From: Dendrobates tinctorius
Lineage: Eukaryota
Assembly (NCBI RefSeq): GCF_039654945.1
Contig: NW_027361810.1
Span: 25,234,001-25,298,000 of the forward strand
Direction of reading: 5' to 3'
DNA: 64,000 nucleotides
Shown here: in pieces, positions 13,653-26,733 of the stretch
How positions within the stretch are numbered: the first letter of the stretch is position 1
Layout of the letters: each line of letters opens with the position of its first letter
Program-made: the position numbers and the translations under genes
The notes under the pieces: generated by a model
Database searches by the model: none
Seen by the model: the letters and a program-made list of their open reading frames with translations, nothing else
Told to the model about the DNA's origin: nothing

Positions 13653-16388
13653 TATTATCTGCCAAACCTCTGATTTACTAGTAGATGGCCATTTTTACAT
13701 TTTCTAAGGATATTAGGTTTTCTTTAAAAAGAAAAGTCCATTTGGTGAATGCTTTGAGGACAAATTCAGGCATGGATCCAGAGTAAGTCTAGAATTTTTG
13801 GTACTTTCTTAGACGTATCTAAAAAAGGCATCTAAATTGCACCCGATTGGTAATATGTGAATCTGGCTCTTACTCCATGTGCTAAAGCTGACCAGGATTC
13901 ATTAAGATGACCGGTCCAACATCAGAAGTTTACTCTTGAAGGGAAGTTTATCTCTAAATTATTTACACATAATGTGAATGCTGGGGTCTGAATGCTTGGA
14001 CCCCAACTCTTCCTGAGAATTTGGAGCCAACAGTCCCCTGTGCGAAGGAGTCAATAGTGCGCATGCTTCAACACCACACAATTCATTTCAATGGGACGAA
14101 CTGTTCCACCGTTCACATAGAAATTAATGGCGATGTGGTTATGCATGCTACCTACCACTTTATCCACTTGGGTGGAAAACTTTGGATCTTCTGTACTTGG
14201 AATTGGTGGGGTCCCACTTATCAGACTCTAGCATTCATGCAGTTATCACTTATCCTGTGGCCGTGTGACCAAAAAAGCACTGAAAAATTACAAATTATCA
14301 ACCCCTAAAAAAATTGGGAATTAAGTTTAAAGAGTACCATTACAGGAGACCGGTGACGCTAAAACTATTTATTACATATCATCGGTGTTTCCAAGTAATG
14401 TGTTCATTTTTACAAGTTGATTATTTATATTTTTTTAGAATATATTGAGCATTTTTTTTTAAATTAGATATTGCTTTTTGGGTACTTAAATCTCTTACGT
14501 TACATTGATTTACTTTTTTGTTTGTTTATTGATATTTGTCATTTATTTATTAGAAAGTTTTTTTCTGTTTTAATTTTAGATTTTTTTAAACTTGGAAGTA
14601 ATTCTAACTGATGAGAAATTAACAATGTAATCACTTTTATTATTCTATTTCTTTTTTTTGCACACTGATTAAAATTATTAACATGCAACGTTTGCATCCA
14701 CAAATGAAAATTAACTAAGAACATTTTTAAAAAATACTGTGTAAATATAAATATATACTTAATTGTATGCCCCACATTCAGTACTGTAGGTCTGGAAGTT
14801 GCACGCAGTATTTGCACAGCCCAGCTCTCATTACACCTACAGACACTAAAACTATTTTGACCGACATGCCATTTCAGTGTTGGCATACAGTAAATTATAG
14901 AAGCAGCCTCCTGTTTCCAATCCAAGCCTAAACCTGCACCCACCACCGAACAACTGAGCAAAATCCCACTTATCTCATGTAGTATTTCACCGTTATAGCA
15001 TTTCAACCATCAGAAGATCCTCCAACGAAGATCCTCGTTGTTTATGTTGTCAAAATTGTTAATCCTATCATTACTAACTTGTGATAAGCTCCAACGTTTT
15101 GGAATCTGCCGATCAGACTCTAGTAGAAGTCGTTGAGTCTGTCTAGTGCTGTCTGAAGACTATAACTGTGACAATGTAGGGATGGCTCTTATGCTTTGGA
15201 AAATTGGAGAAAATGTAATTTGATGATATCTTTTCCCACTTTTCTTAACCTTTGGCAAATGTTATTTTCGAATGCAAGGAGAATTAGTGGAGTGCTAAAG
15301 CCTTTGCTACCTTCCTTCTCAATATTGTATCCTCCCACATCTGAGCTATGAGACATGTGTCCTCACATGGTAGACCTTCTTTAGGTGTCTTCATCCCCGA
15401 TCTGTAACCTGGTCACCATTTGTTATTGCCAAACCAGGCAGCTGTTCCATCACAGGTATAACAGGCTCTGAAGTGCGAAGACTTCACCCAATGCTCAAAT
15501 CTCAGCTTTCCGGAACCAAGATAGTGTTACATGGTGGCCACATTGGAATATCCAATTTTCAGGACTGAGCTTTTGCAGGACTGATATATCTTCTGTACAC
15601 AGTATTAGGGAAAACTCCATGAGACATTTTCTCTAATATGCTTGAAATTTCCAGAGCAGATCTCGAGGATTGCGTTTGTTGACTTTCAAGTGTTTTTAAG
15701 CATGGAGAGAATCCTTCAAGGACAATAAAATGCATTACAAAAGGAAGGTTTCAATCCCATGGAATCAATAAAAAGCCTCCTGTAGCTTAGACGCCATTAA
15801 GTAGCCAACATGACTGCTTATTTTTCAAGTCTATAATGTCACTGTGGCATAATGGTATCAGAAAGCGGCCATCTTGAACTGTGATGAGGTTCTTGTTGAC
15901 AACTGTCCATAGGATAGTAACTTCTACATGCAGTAAACTAATGGCTCTCTGGATTTATTGCTACCTATTAACCATGGACTAATGATATCCCTTAAATATA
16001 ACCTTTCACTTGTCATTAACAGGTAATTTTTGCTAAGCTGCTCTTATTACCGCTGTTCTCCTGAATCGGGTGTTGATTTGCTTTTATTCCCATGTTTCTC
16101 TGTTCCTGAGATATGGCCTCCTCTTCCCAGTATATAAATTTAGTCTTGTTAGCCATGTGGGTGGGATTCTCAACTCTTCTCTGTGGTTATTTTCAGGAGG
16201 ACCACGCACGCCCCCTTGACTAACAAGATTAGATTTATATACTGGGAAGCGGGGGCCATATCTCAGGAGTGGAGTGCCATTGGAGCCAAAAAATAGGAAA
16301 TCCAGGAATGGAGAGCCATTGGAGCCAAAAAATAGGAATACCAGATTCAGGAGAACAGCAGCATTTAGGTCAGATGAAACAATTATAT

Positions 16389-16781
16389 CCACAAAAAAGT
16401 AAATAGATAGCACTCACCGATCTTCAGAAAAATTCCTAACTTTATTGGCAATGTTAAAACATTGTGGCCGGGGGAGTGAGCACAGGAGAGAGCAAGGTCT
16501 GACGACGGCCGTTTCGCCCCTAGGAGCACTTCTACGGGTCAAATCTCCTGTGCTCACTCCCCCGGCAATAATGTTTTAACATTGCCAATAAAGTTAGGAA
16601 TTTTTCTGAAGATCGGTGAGTGCTATCTATTTACCTTTTAGTGGATTTCCATACACTGTGTTTTTCAAGATTAAGCACCCGAGATCACAAGGCATATTCG
16701 GCAACATGGTGTGATACCAACAGCGTGGAAATATAGCGGTACTGGCGGTGCCTTCCGCCTTTCTTCTCTTGTTTCAGTGTG
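16389..16781. mobile_element. Penelope-like foldback insertion carrying a hammerhead-like motif, nested in an older T2-like MITE
   Basis: About 100-bp inverted arms (16388-16490 / 16545-16646); ATTATAT direct repeats at 16382-16388 and 16782-16788; hammerhead-like core in the loop. Confidence 0.65.
16498..16543 (-). ncRNA. Minimal hammerhead-ribozyme-like motif (variant core)
   Basis: Minus strand tttgac-CCGTAGA-agtgctcctaggggc-GAAAC-ggcc-GTC-gtcaga: stem I pairs, stem III is palindromic (ACGGCCGT), GUC triplet present; the core deviates from CUGANGA. Confidence 0.5.
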
Positions 16782-18260
16782 ATTATATATTGATGACAAG
16801 TGAAGGGTCCTCTTTATATGAGGGACTGACTGATTCCCATTGAGGACTTCCTTGGAAAGGTAACATGGGGAGGATCGTGTCTTTATCCAGCCATAATTTC
16901 ATTTTTTTCTAACTAGTGTATAGAAGAATAGGAAATGTGGCTCATTGGGGACCTGTCATAAGGTCAAAATTGTCCATTTTTTGCTACTATTTATTCCCAT
17001 TGATCCCCTGAGTATTCCATTTCTGGTTGTTTTAAAATCCACCCTACGGTTCCAGAGATAGGGCTTTTTTAATTACTGTTACTTTGTATTGTCTTTACCA
17101 AGAGGGAGTTGCTCACAGGGTAATAATGAAGAACAGCCTTAAGACACGCCCCTGAGGATCCTGTGAGCCATGCCTTCTTGCAGAGACCACAAAAATTAAC
17201 ACTAAATAAAAAGGCCCACATTTCTTGAGCAGTATGACGGATTTAAGAAAAAGATTACTCAGGGGAGCAGTAGGAATAAAATAACAGCAAAAACTGGCCA
17301 CTTTTGACTCGGTGACAGATTCTTTTTAACTTCCCAGAATTTTCCACTTTTGAGAGGAATATGTTTTCACTGCCATCGTGGCTTAATTTGATAATGAAGT
17401 CATGACTGCTAGGATAGATCTGTTTTTAAAAGGATCCAAAAAAGTTAAAGACCCCATTGGCTTATAATGGTGTCCATTGGATTTTAGTTAAGGAATGTGG
17501 CACTTCTGAAAGCGAGAACGGTGCTACAGAATGAACCCCTGACAAAAAGGCTCATGTGAACAGACATAGCCTTCAAGAAAATTAAAAGAAAAATTTGAAA
17601 GAGCAAAGTTTATAAGAAAAACTTGTATAGCCAAACCCAATGAATCCAGTCCTTATTACCATTATCTGTAAATTTCCCCCAAAAATCATATCAATAATGT
17701 CAACTTGTACCAACGCAACCAATACCAACTCAGCGAGGAACGTTATTTATCATTACCGGAAAATATATTTTTTTGTTATTTAATCATAATATAAAAATGG
17801 TAAATAATTCAAATTAAACCTGTATTTTATTTCAGTATTAATTACTTCCAATTAACCCCTCGCCCCCAAATAGCAGCAACGCAACCGTCACCAGATTAGA
17901 AGGGACGACATGACAGTGAGCTTGACGGCTGCATCCTGGCACATACCTATCATATCTCTGTATGTTTCCAGATCTGCTGACTTAATGGGTATCACAGTAC
18001 ATCAGGATCACTCTATCTGCATCAAACCTGTTAGCTGAGGTAGTAGATAGATGAATACTACATGTGTCTGCTATAAATAACAATATATTTTGCAGGAATG
18101 CCACTCCACAATTCTGCAAAACACCTCAATACACCAAGTGCCAGGGCAAGCTGCCACCGTGGACAGGACAAGATGCCCACTTATCAGCTCGCATCCAAAG
18201 TGACCTGACCCCATCATTGGGGGGGAAGAGGGGAGCAATTATCAAAACTGAACTTCTTAC

Positions 18261-18293
18261 CTCATACTCCTCATATTCCTCGTCGTCCGCCAT
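18261..18293 (-). CDS. NEB: Nebulin first coding exon MADDEEYEEYE (exon about 18314-18261 including 5'UTR)
   Basis: ttttgtag|gtgacaggtagaaacctcaaaATGGCGGACGACGAGGAATATGAGGAGTATGAG|gtaag; strong Kozak context (aaaATGG); human nebulin starts MADDEDYEEVVE; lies downstream of ARL5A on the same strand, as in mammals. Confidence 0.85.
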
Positions 18294-18346
18294 TTTGAGG
18301 TTTCTACCTGTCACCTACAAAACTGATGAAAAATATTGTGTTAAAA

Positions 18347-18864
18347 NNNNNNNNNNNNNNNNNNNNNNNNNNNNNNNNNNNNNNNNNNNNNNNNNNNNNN
18401 NNNNNNNNNNNNNNNNNNNNNNNNNNNNNNNNNNNNNNNNNNNNNNNNNNNNNNNNNNNNNNNNNNNNNNNNNNNNNNNNNNNNNNNNNNNNNNNNNNNN
18501 NNNNNNNNNNNNNNNNNNNNNNNNNNNNNNNNNNNNNNNNNNNNNNNNNNNNNNNNNNNNNNNNNNNNNNNNNNNNNNNNNNNNNNNNNNNCAGATAATA
18601 GAGAAGATAGATAATGATAGATAGATAGGTTATGATATAGACAGATAATAGATAGATATATAGATAGATAGATAATAGATAGATAGATGATGGATAAATA
18701 GATAGATAATAAATAGATAATAGACAGATNNNNNNNNNNNNNNNNNNNNNNNNNNNNNNNNNNNNNNNNNNNNNNNNNNNNNNNNNNNNNNNNNNNNNNN
18801 NNNNNNNNNNNNNNNNNNNNNNNNNNNNNNNNNNNNNNNNNNNNNNNNNNNNNNNNNNNNNNNN
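18347..18864. other. Two assembly gaps (18347-18591, 18730-18864) flanking a GATA-type microsatellite
   Basis: N runs with a (GATA)n-like tract at 18592-18729 between them. Confidence 0.95.
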
Positions 18865-19087
18865 GTCTGTACATTGTATATGTGACCACAGGGTTTCTCA
18901 TACACAGTAATCACAAGATAATCAGTAACCTTATGGGATAATCTGCGTTCTGCACAGCATGGGCCTGTTCTGTTGATCCCTGTTTTGTTTCCTGCAGCCT
19001 TACTTTTGGATCAGACCTGGAAAATATTAAAATTCATATTTTTTCCTCCTTTCCCCAGATGGTGAGGCTTTAATGGTTTATGCCGGT

Positions 19088-19230
19088 GTGGAATGCTATA
19101 GCTGGGCCTGTCAGAGGATTCAGTTTTATCACACTGCAGTCCCCAAACTTAGCAGTTGAAGCCTGGGAGCAGCTGGCGCCGGGCGCGGAGGTATGTGCCG
19201 TGTAAGCTAATACCACCAGCTGATTGGTGG
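19088..19230. promoter_or_regulatory. Candidate muscle cis-regulatory module near the NEB 5' end
   Basis: MCAT/TEAD GGAATG (19090), E-boxes CAGTTG (19153) and CAGCTG (19170, 19217), and a reverse CCAAT, all within 140 bp. Confidence 0.4.
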
Positions 19231-19707
19231 GTTTTGTTTAGCCAGTCCAACTGTAAGACCTTCTGAGGAAACCTCAGCCTACTAGATCAGGTTATATATA
19301 GGAACACGTCATGCTGCTCCTTTTTGGTGCCAACATTAACAAAAAAAAAAAAGTATTAATAAATGTCTAAAATAAGTGCAAGTTTAGGTGCACCCAAAGC
19401 CCAATGTATAGGGAACGCCATCACTGTATGCCCCATAGTCATAGATGGCACATAGCACTTAGGGGAGCTGCTACTTCTTATCTGCTCAGCCAGATATCCA
19501 AACACAATGACTAAGGGAAGTTCAGCCAAACTCTCGCTGTACGGCGACCTCTGGTCAGAGAACAGATGAGGCCAACCAAGAGCATAGTCCTGGCCAAGTG
19601 ATGGTCCTAGAAGAAGTCTGCAGGCCAAGCAAATAGCCATTTCCTATGCAGAAAATACAACAGTCTTCAATATGGAAAGAGGAAAATGTAGAAAAAGAAG
19701 CTCTTAC

Positions 19708-19768
19708 CAGTGATATTTAATTAATTTCCTTAGCAGCAAAGCCTCCAACTGTTCCCTCCTCAGAAACG
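19708..19768 (-). other. NEB: Candidate non-coding 5'UTR exon of NEB
   Basis: Strong donor CTG|gtaaga at 19707. Upstream is either a pyrimidine-rich acceptor (ctcttgaccag) or a promoter with CCAAT (19825) and E-boxes (19853, 19889). Confidence 0.4.
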
Positions 19769-20529
19769 CTGGTCAAGAGCAGAGCAAATGCTCCAGCTCC
19801 CAAATTATCATGTGCCTCCGGCAGCCAATCCTGGGAAGGTTTGCTCGGGTTTCAGATGCTAAATTTACTTGGTGACCCTTTTGAAGACCACCTGTTCAGC
19901 AAATCCGCAGCGAGCAAGACTAGTAGTCATTTTCATCCGGAGCAAATAATAACAAGCGACGCTGCACCCAAATATTATATTTTTATTTGAAAAATTTTAA
20001 TTACTTTTTTTCATTTTTTTTATGTTAAGTACTTTTCTAATAATTGTTTTATGCTTTTTTTTTTTTAGGGAAAGGACAGCTGTTTTCAGATTAACATAAA
20101 ATAGCATATTCGTAAACAAAAAAAAGTGATATAGAGTTTATTATGATTAAGGTTAATCACAGTGAATAATAAAATGATTGCAATTTATTTTATTTTCTCA
20201 TCTGATGATGTCCTCGGGATATTTTAAAAATTTGATCATGAAATTAAAAAAAAAATTGTAGTTCTCATGATCTTTGCTCATGTTGCAAATTTTAGCCTAG
20301 CAAAAAAACTTATTGGATCAGGGAATGTCAAATTAAAATAACTGGACTGTGATTGTAAAATATTAATACATTATTACAATAATAATATTGTGCATATAAT
20401 ATATTCTTTGTTTGTAAAATGCTCAATAAAATAGATTGAACATAATAATATTGTAAAAAAATATTTTGCAGAGTGGAAGAATCCATTCCGTAAACGGAGT
20501 AAAGAAATCAAATATAGAAAAAAAAAATG

Positions 20530-20534
20530 AAAGC

Positions 20535-20569
<35 letters not shown>

Positions 20570-21164
20570 TATACTAATCATATAATACTAATATATTGTT
20601 ATACCATAATAAAAAGAAAATTATAATACAAAAATAACATATCCTAATATATCACAAAATACTGTAATATAACAATAATGACAAATCATTCAAAAATATT
20701 GTAATAGAATGCAATAATAATAACAGATTCTGCAACATTATGTAAAGAAAATATTGTAATAAAAATTATACAAAATATAAATATGAACTTGAAACAAAAT
20801 ACATACTGAATATGGAAGGGAAAGTGTTCGGCTATATTCACACTTGTATAGTAATAGTAATAATAATAATAATAATAACATACTAATAATATAATACAAA
20901 AATATTTTCATACCATAATAAAAATAATCCAATAATAATGAAAAAAAAACATATCCTAATATAATACAAAAATACTGTAAGATAATAATAACAATCATTA
21001 AAAAATATTGTAATAGAATATAACAATAATAATAATAATAATAGATTCCTGAACATTACGTAAAGAAAATATTTTAATAAAAATTATACAAAATAGAACA
21101 TGAACGTAGGGTAAAATACATAATGAATATGGGCTGAAAAGTGTTCAGCTATATTCACGCTTGC

Positions 21165-21203
<39 letters not shown>

Positions 21204-21480
21204 TACAAAAATTTTTTATATCATAATAAAAAAAAATACTATAATAATGAACAAAATATAACATATCCTAACATAATACAAAAATACTGTAATATAATAT
21301 AATATAATAATATAATATAATAATCATTCAAAAATATTGTAAAATAATAACAACAATATATTCTGGAACATTATGTAAAAAAAAATTTAATTACAAAAAT
21401 ATAGAAACTATAAACATGAACATAGAGAAAAATACATAATTAATATGGATGGGAATGTGTACGACTATGTTCACACTTGC
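20530..21480. repeat. AT-rich tandem repeat, about 315-bp unit x3, each with a (TAA)n tract
   Basis: Repeated blocks catatcctaatat..., aaaaatattgtaatagaat..., ctatattcacacttg. Confidence 0.85.
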
Positions 21481-22433
21481 TTCAGAAGCCACTACCCGAA
21501 TAACACAGATCCAATTGATCCCATTGATGGTTAAAGGGCATCTAGCATATTTATTGCATGTCTGCAAAATACAGTATGCCATAAATGTTTGATAGTCCCT
21601 CTGGGGTCCACTTCTCAAGAATCAGGCCCCGAGAGGAAGCTCGCGTCTCTCCCCCACTTTCAGAATTCCCATACAAGTGATTGGAAAGAGCCATGCAAAT
21701 AAAGCCTCAAGACGTAAGTGGAGCTGCATCCACTGGTCAGAATTAATAGATGCATTAATGTCTTGTTAATGGAGCCCATCAAGGTTATGCCGTGTTTTAT
21801 ATTGTTTTCATTGCAAAAATATTGCTGTGATGTAAATGGCAAGACTCTCTAAAAGTTACGTAGAGACTGCGAGACAATTAATGGGACGTCCATTCCCCAA
21901 AGCCAGTCTTTCCGGGTATCCAATCATAGCTTTTCTGGATGCTTTCATAGCGGCCATATTGATAAATGTATTGGATTTTGTCACATGAATAAATTATAAT
22001 CGTTATTAGGACTTTATATCCTGGCGATTATCTCATTGTAAATCAGTCAGTGCAGAATTAGCAGGGTTGTAAATAAGCTGAGCCCTCGTTCCCGAGCCTC
22101 TCTGGGTCATTACAGGCTCATATCCTCTTATCTATACAGACAGCATCCTCAGCGAGGAACCCAAAGACATGCTATCAGACGACGTGCAAAGGTTTTATAT
22201 ACTAGGAGCTGTGCATATGGGATAGGATATAGATCTATACAGTGTATGACTGGGTGGGAGCCAAGACATAACACACAGGATTAGCAGCGCACCCCTCCAC
22301 TGAACAACGTCCTCCAAATGCAACAGTAATAAGATCTATAAGTGATAACTCCGTCCGATTAAGAGATACTCAGAGGTCATAATTATACATATGTAAGGAG
22401 ATGGACATGCAGCCCGCATGTTATACAATGTAA

Positions 22434-23370
22434 TGTGAACTGTGATAGTTTGATTTGTGATGTGTGTTTAAGGCATTGGTGCTATTGATAATGTGTGTAG
22501 TTTAACCGTACGGACAGTTAGAGTTAATGGTTGGGACTAGCCCAGAGTGGGAGTGGAAGAGTTGCAGGGAAAGTGACATTTTCCTGTCAGAGAGTTAGAT
22601 AAGGCCTGGTGAAAGGACCCGAGGTTCATTGTGAGCAGTGCCGCATTCTAGGGTGTCCCTAAAGTGAGAGGAAACTGAAGAAAAGAGATAGCCACTTCTG
22701 CTCCGGATCTCGCTAAGAGACAGAGTGATTGTATGGAGATGGGTTCTGGGTGAGGACATCTAGAAGAAAGGCCCAGAGGTTACTGCTCACAAGGTAACAG
22801 GCCTAGGCAGGTCTTTGTACGAGAGATGAATAGATTGTCACGGGCAGGAGTTCCAGAGCGTCAGAGAGCTTGAAGCTAAGTTTTGCCATGCTGGCACCCT
22901 AAGGGGAAGGAAGACGCCAAACCATGGGGCGAGTCAAGGACTCTTGCTAAGCAGGACTGTAAAGTTGAGATTAATTGTAATTAAGTAGTGGGAAACAGTG
23001 GAAACAGAAGACAAGTAAAAAAAATTTAAAAGGAAAGGTGAAGATAGAGAATAGTATGGAAGAGAAGGAAGGAAACTGTGGAAAATGCTTCGAGTTGTAA
23101 AGGAACGTTCCAACACTGGTACCTGCTATATATATTCCCCACCAAATTCCCATTCAGTAAAAAATTGTGTTTTTGACCGGTGGTCTTCCTCATTGAACTG
23201 TCTAACACCTGTTCCTGACAAACCAGCAACATCAGTTACATGTGGCCTGCACGGGCATAGCGTGCTCACAGCAAAGTCCACACACCCAGCCAGGACCCCC
23301 ACCATCATGTAATGGGCCGGGGTGCAGGAGAAGGATACCTTGCCCTTGGCTACCGTCCCACGCCACTTTA
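22434..23370 (+). mobile_element. LTR-like dispersed repeat; a 5' fragment recurs at about 33649-33835
   Basis: Starts TGTGAAC; shares the block gggactagcccagagtggga...gttgcagggaaagtgaca with the second copy; 3' boundary uncertain. Confidence 0.45.
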
Positions 23371-24431
23371 TATGTACAAAAGACTATAGTAGCTATTATT
23401 ATTCTATCTATCTCACCTACATCAGTGTGTCTGTCAATCTATGTTAATTTATATATTGGTTATGGATAAATAGATGGTCATTGGAAAGGTTTCTATCTAT
23501 ATTTCATCTACTACATAAGAAAAGAGGAGACTAATGTATTTTTAATGAAAGTCCATGAATGTATAGATCTGTGTCAGTTTATTTGGACTAGATAATGGGG
23601 TGGTCTTTTCAAAGACAGGATGTTTTGGAGAGGATCTCTATCTATCTATTATCTATCTATCATTTATCTAAAATCTATCTATCTATCTATTCTCTTCTAT
23701 TCTATTCTATCCATTTATAATTCTGGACTGGATAAAAGGGAAGGTGTATCTAGATATATATATATAATGCAGAACCACCACCCCCCCTCGGTGGGCCAAA
23801 CCAAGCCTCCTATCTAAATACTGTACGTCTCGTCTATCCGTTCCATCAGTCCTCTTATTACAGCACATCTGTTCTTTCCATGAGCGTCATATAATGTGAT
23901 CATCTCTCAGAATGGATCCGTTGCACAGTCCACAGTCCGTTACCCTGCATGTAAAATAATGGGATTATTCAATGGTGACAAGAGACATAACTGAGGCATT
24001 CTGTGGTTGGTATATGGGGAACATGGTGATGAGGAGTTTAAGATCTATTCATGTTATGTGCTCATGAATATTGGATCAAGCCAAAAAAAAGTTGTTTTCT
24101 ATGTAACTCCATGAAAATTAAGCACCAGTTCAAAGGAATGTCCCGGAAAGTGATTTTCCATAAATAAGGAGATTATTTTCTAAGCAATAAGAGGCCCCGG
24201 ACCTTGTCTATCAGATATTTGTAACATATCCTATCTGTTATGTTTCTCTTTCATCTGGAAGAGCAGTTCTAATTCAGCATGGACAGATGGTGTTGGTGCG
24301 GCAGAGTGATCCAGTTGGAACCATGAAAACTGATGTGATTGAACGGCAGCTGAACATGGGGAAATGGGCCCATAGAAACCTACAAAGTCACATCACTGTT
24401 TGTAGCAGAGTTAAAGTCTTGGTAATCAATG

Positions 24432-25676
24432 TGTTAGGAACGGCGGAACACACGAAATAAAAATAATAATAAAGTGCGTTCGCCGCTCGGGGTCCACCGT
24501 GCAGTAGGTGTTAGGCTATGTGCACACGTTGCGGATTCCGCTGCGTTTTTTTCCGCGCGGAAACGCAGGTAAAACTGCAGGTAAAGTGACCTGCGGTTTT
24601 CCTGTGGTTTGGTCTGCGGTTTTGCCCTGCGGTTTCACACCTCTACTATGGTAGAGGTATGAAACCGCTGCGGAAACCGCACAAACAATTGACATGCTGC
24701 GGTTTGTAAACCGCAGCAAAACTGCGCGGAAAAAAACGCACCGTCAGCACAGCGTTTTTGAAACCCCATAGGCTTTCATTGTACTGTACTTGGTCAGCGG
24801 AACTGCTGCGTTTCCGCAGGGGCACAACCGCTGTGGAAACGCAGCAGAAACCGCACCGTGTGCACACAGCCTGACAACCGCTGCTGAGTAATGGCAGTCG
24901 AGCAATATGGCGGTATAATGCGCACGGGTTCAACTTCACCCGAAGTGCGCAGAGCGGGCTCTGTTCACACACAGAGGCGCCGCAACAAAAACATACAAAA
25001 AGGCTGAGCCTGTTAGTGACACAGGCCTCAGGTAAATGCACACACGGTATAAGGTCACAGGAGCAGGAACTAAGACAGAGGGGCTGCATCCGTCTAGACC
25101 TACCGTGTGTGCGGCGTCGCTACTGCGAACGCCAAGAAGGGCTGCAACTGCAGCGCGGCGCAGGACACTGCCGCTGGACAACACAGCTACAAAGCAGGCG
25201 CTATGTCGGACGCTAGCACAGAGGTGCGGTGTGCACAGTGGCCTAAGGCTTGCCACAGACTGGCACAGACTACTGAACTAATTCCCTAACCACATGCGTA
25301 ATATCAGAGGGAACGGGTTTCATAATAAGTCAGTCACCAGAATCATACATCCGTCACCATTCACACATAGCAGTATAGTCTATACTAGCGCATGGCCAAA
25401 CGGCCATGCGCGCTTTTTATAGCAGCCGGGACCTTCCGGAAGCTTCCAGATCTCCGAGATGGACCAATGAGATCTGGAACAGGACCTGAGCACATGACTC
25501 CCGATCTCCAATGGGAAACCGTCTCATGAGCATGCTCAGTAGGAGGCCAGAGGGACTTAGCCCCTGGAGAGATTTGCTGCAAGGCAATCTCCTCTGCGGT
25601 AGATAAAGAGCAAGAGACCGCAGAATGTAAGGGTCTGGATTCCTGCAGAGCAGACGCAGGAACCTGACTCCTAACG
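24432..25676 (-). mobile_element. Gypsy solo LTR related to the LTR at 1882-2838
   Basis: TGTTAGG...CCTAAC(G) termini; perfect 5-bp TSD CAATG at 24427-24431 and 25677-25681; reverse-complement similarity to the 1882-2838 LTR (catggccg, ctgagca, gtggaccc). Confidence 0.9.
24514..24871. mobile_element. Harbinger-type MITE nested in the solo LTR
   Basis: TIRs ggctatgtgcacacg / cgtgtgcacacagcc; flanks TTA / TGA. Confidence 0.8.
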
Positions 25677-26733
25677 CAATGTAGCAGAATAGCGCAGTGA
25701 AGTAGCAGAGTTCAGTCACCGACAAGAAATCGGTGAAGCAAAGTTGAATGACATAATATGTTCAGCAGCAAAATTGGTTTAGTGGTATAGAGTCCAAAAT
25801 ACAAAAGACACAGAAATAATATAGGAGTATAGCAGAGCTGGGTTTGTCACAGAGTCCAAGGCTGTCACTGGAACTGTGATAAGGCAGTTTCCCTGTTCTA
25901 TAGAAGAGCTGCAGTTTTCACAGAATCCAAGGCAAGGTTTGCCAGTAAGAAACCAGAGCTGGGTTTGCCATATCTCACTGGGAAAACCCTTTTATTAGTG
26001 AAGGTGTCTAGTAGCTACAGTAACGTGCGGTACTACATAATCTATACTGCTATATACTGTCTGTGTTTCGTGAGGATATGTTCCTTTGGACAACAGGTAT
26101 TTTATTTTTCAGATACATTGTGTATTGTACCTACCTGTCCTCAACATAGAAAGCGGTTTGAAGCCTTCAGCTGCTTTTTCTGACTTTAATATGTAAGAAG
26201 TGTGGCCATTGTTTGCTCTTATTTTATTCCAGTTGCTCCCCAGAGTATTCTGTTTAAGCGCTGTTATTTTTAAATCCACCATACAGCTCCAGAGATACGG
26301 GCGTGATGGTCTAAAGATTCTTTGGGACACTTCTTTAGACTGTTCTGAATAATTTACTCCTTAGTAAAAACAAAAAAAAAATTAGCATATTGTGTGCAGA
26401 AAATAAAAAGACTCAATCTCTGACACTGTCATATGGTGTATATAAAGAGAAAGCAGGAGAAGCGGGGAAAAAATAAGAGAAAATCAGGCCAATTTTGAGC
26501 TGGTGACAGGTCCTCTTCAATCTCAATTTTGGGTTAGTAATACAGTCTCAATTTACAAGATTTTTGATTTACAGTGGTGGTCCCAGAGCCAAACATTATT
26601 GTATCTTGAGGACTGCCGTACTTTGCTTTCACTTATCCATAATCCATAATATTCAATAGATTTGTAGGGATGAAAATCAATTAAATTTAATTCAAGGGGT
26701 TTTATTGAACATAGAGGTAATGAATACTAGTAA

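Noticed and set aside
14760-15930. Possible decayed transposase with a Cys-rich C-terminus on the minus strand
   Set aside because: Too degraded to assign without a profile search; no termini found.
18064-18914. Long ORFs containing X runs
   Set aside because: Artefacts of the assembly gaps.
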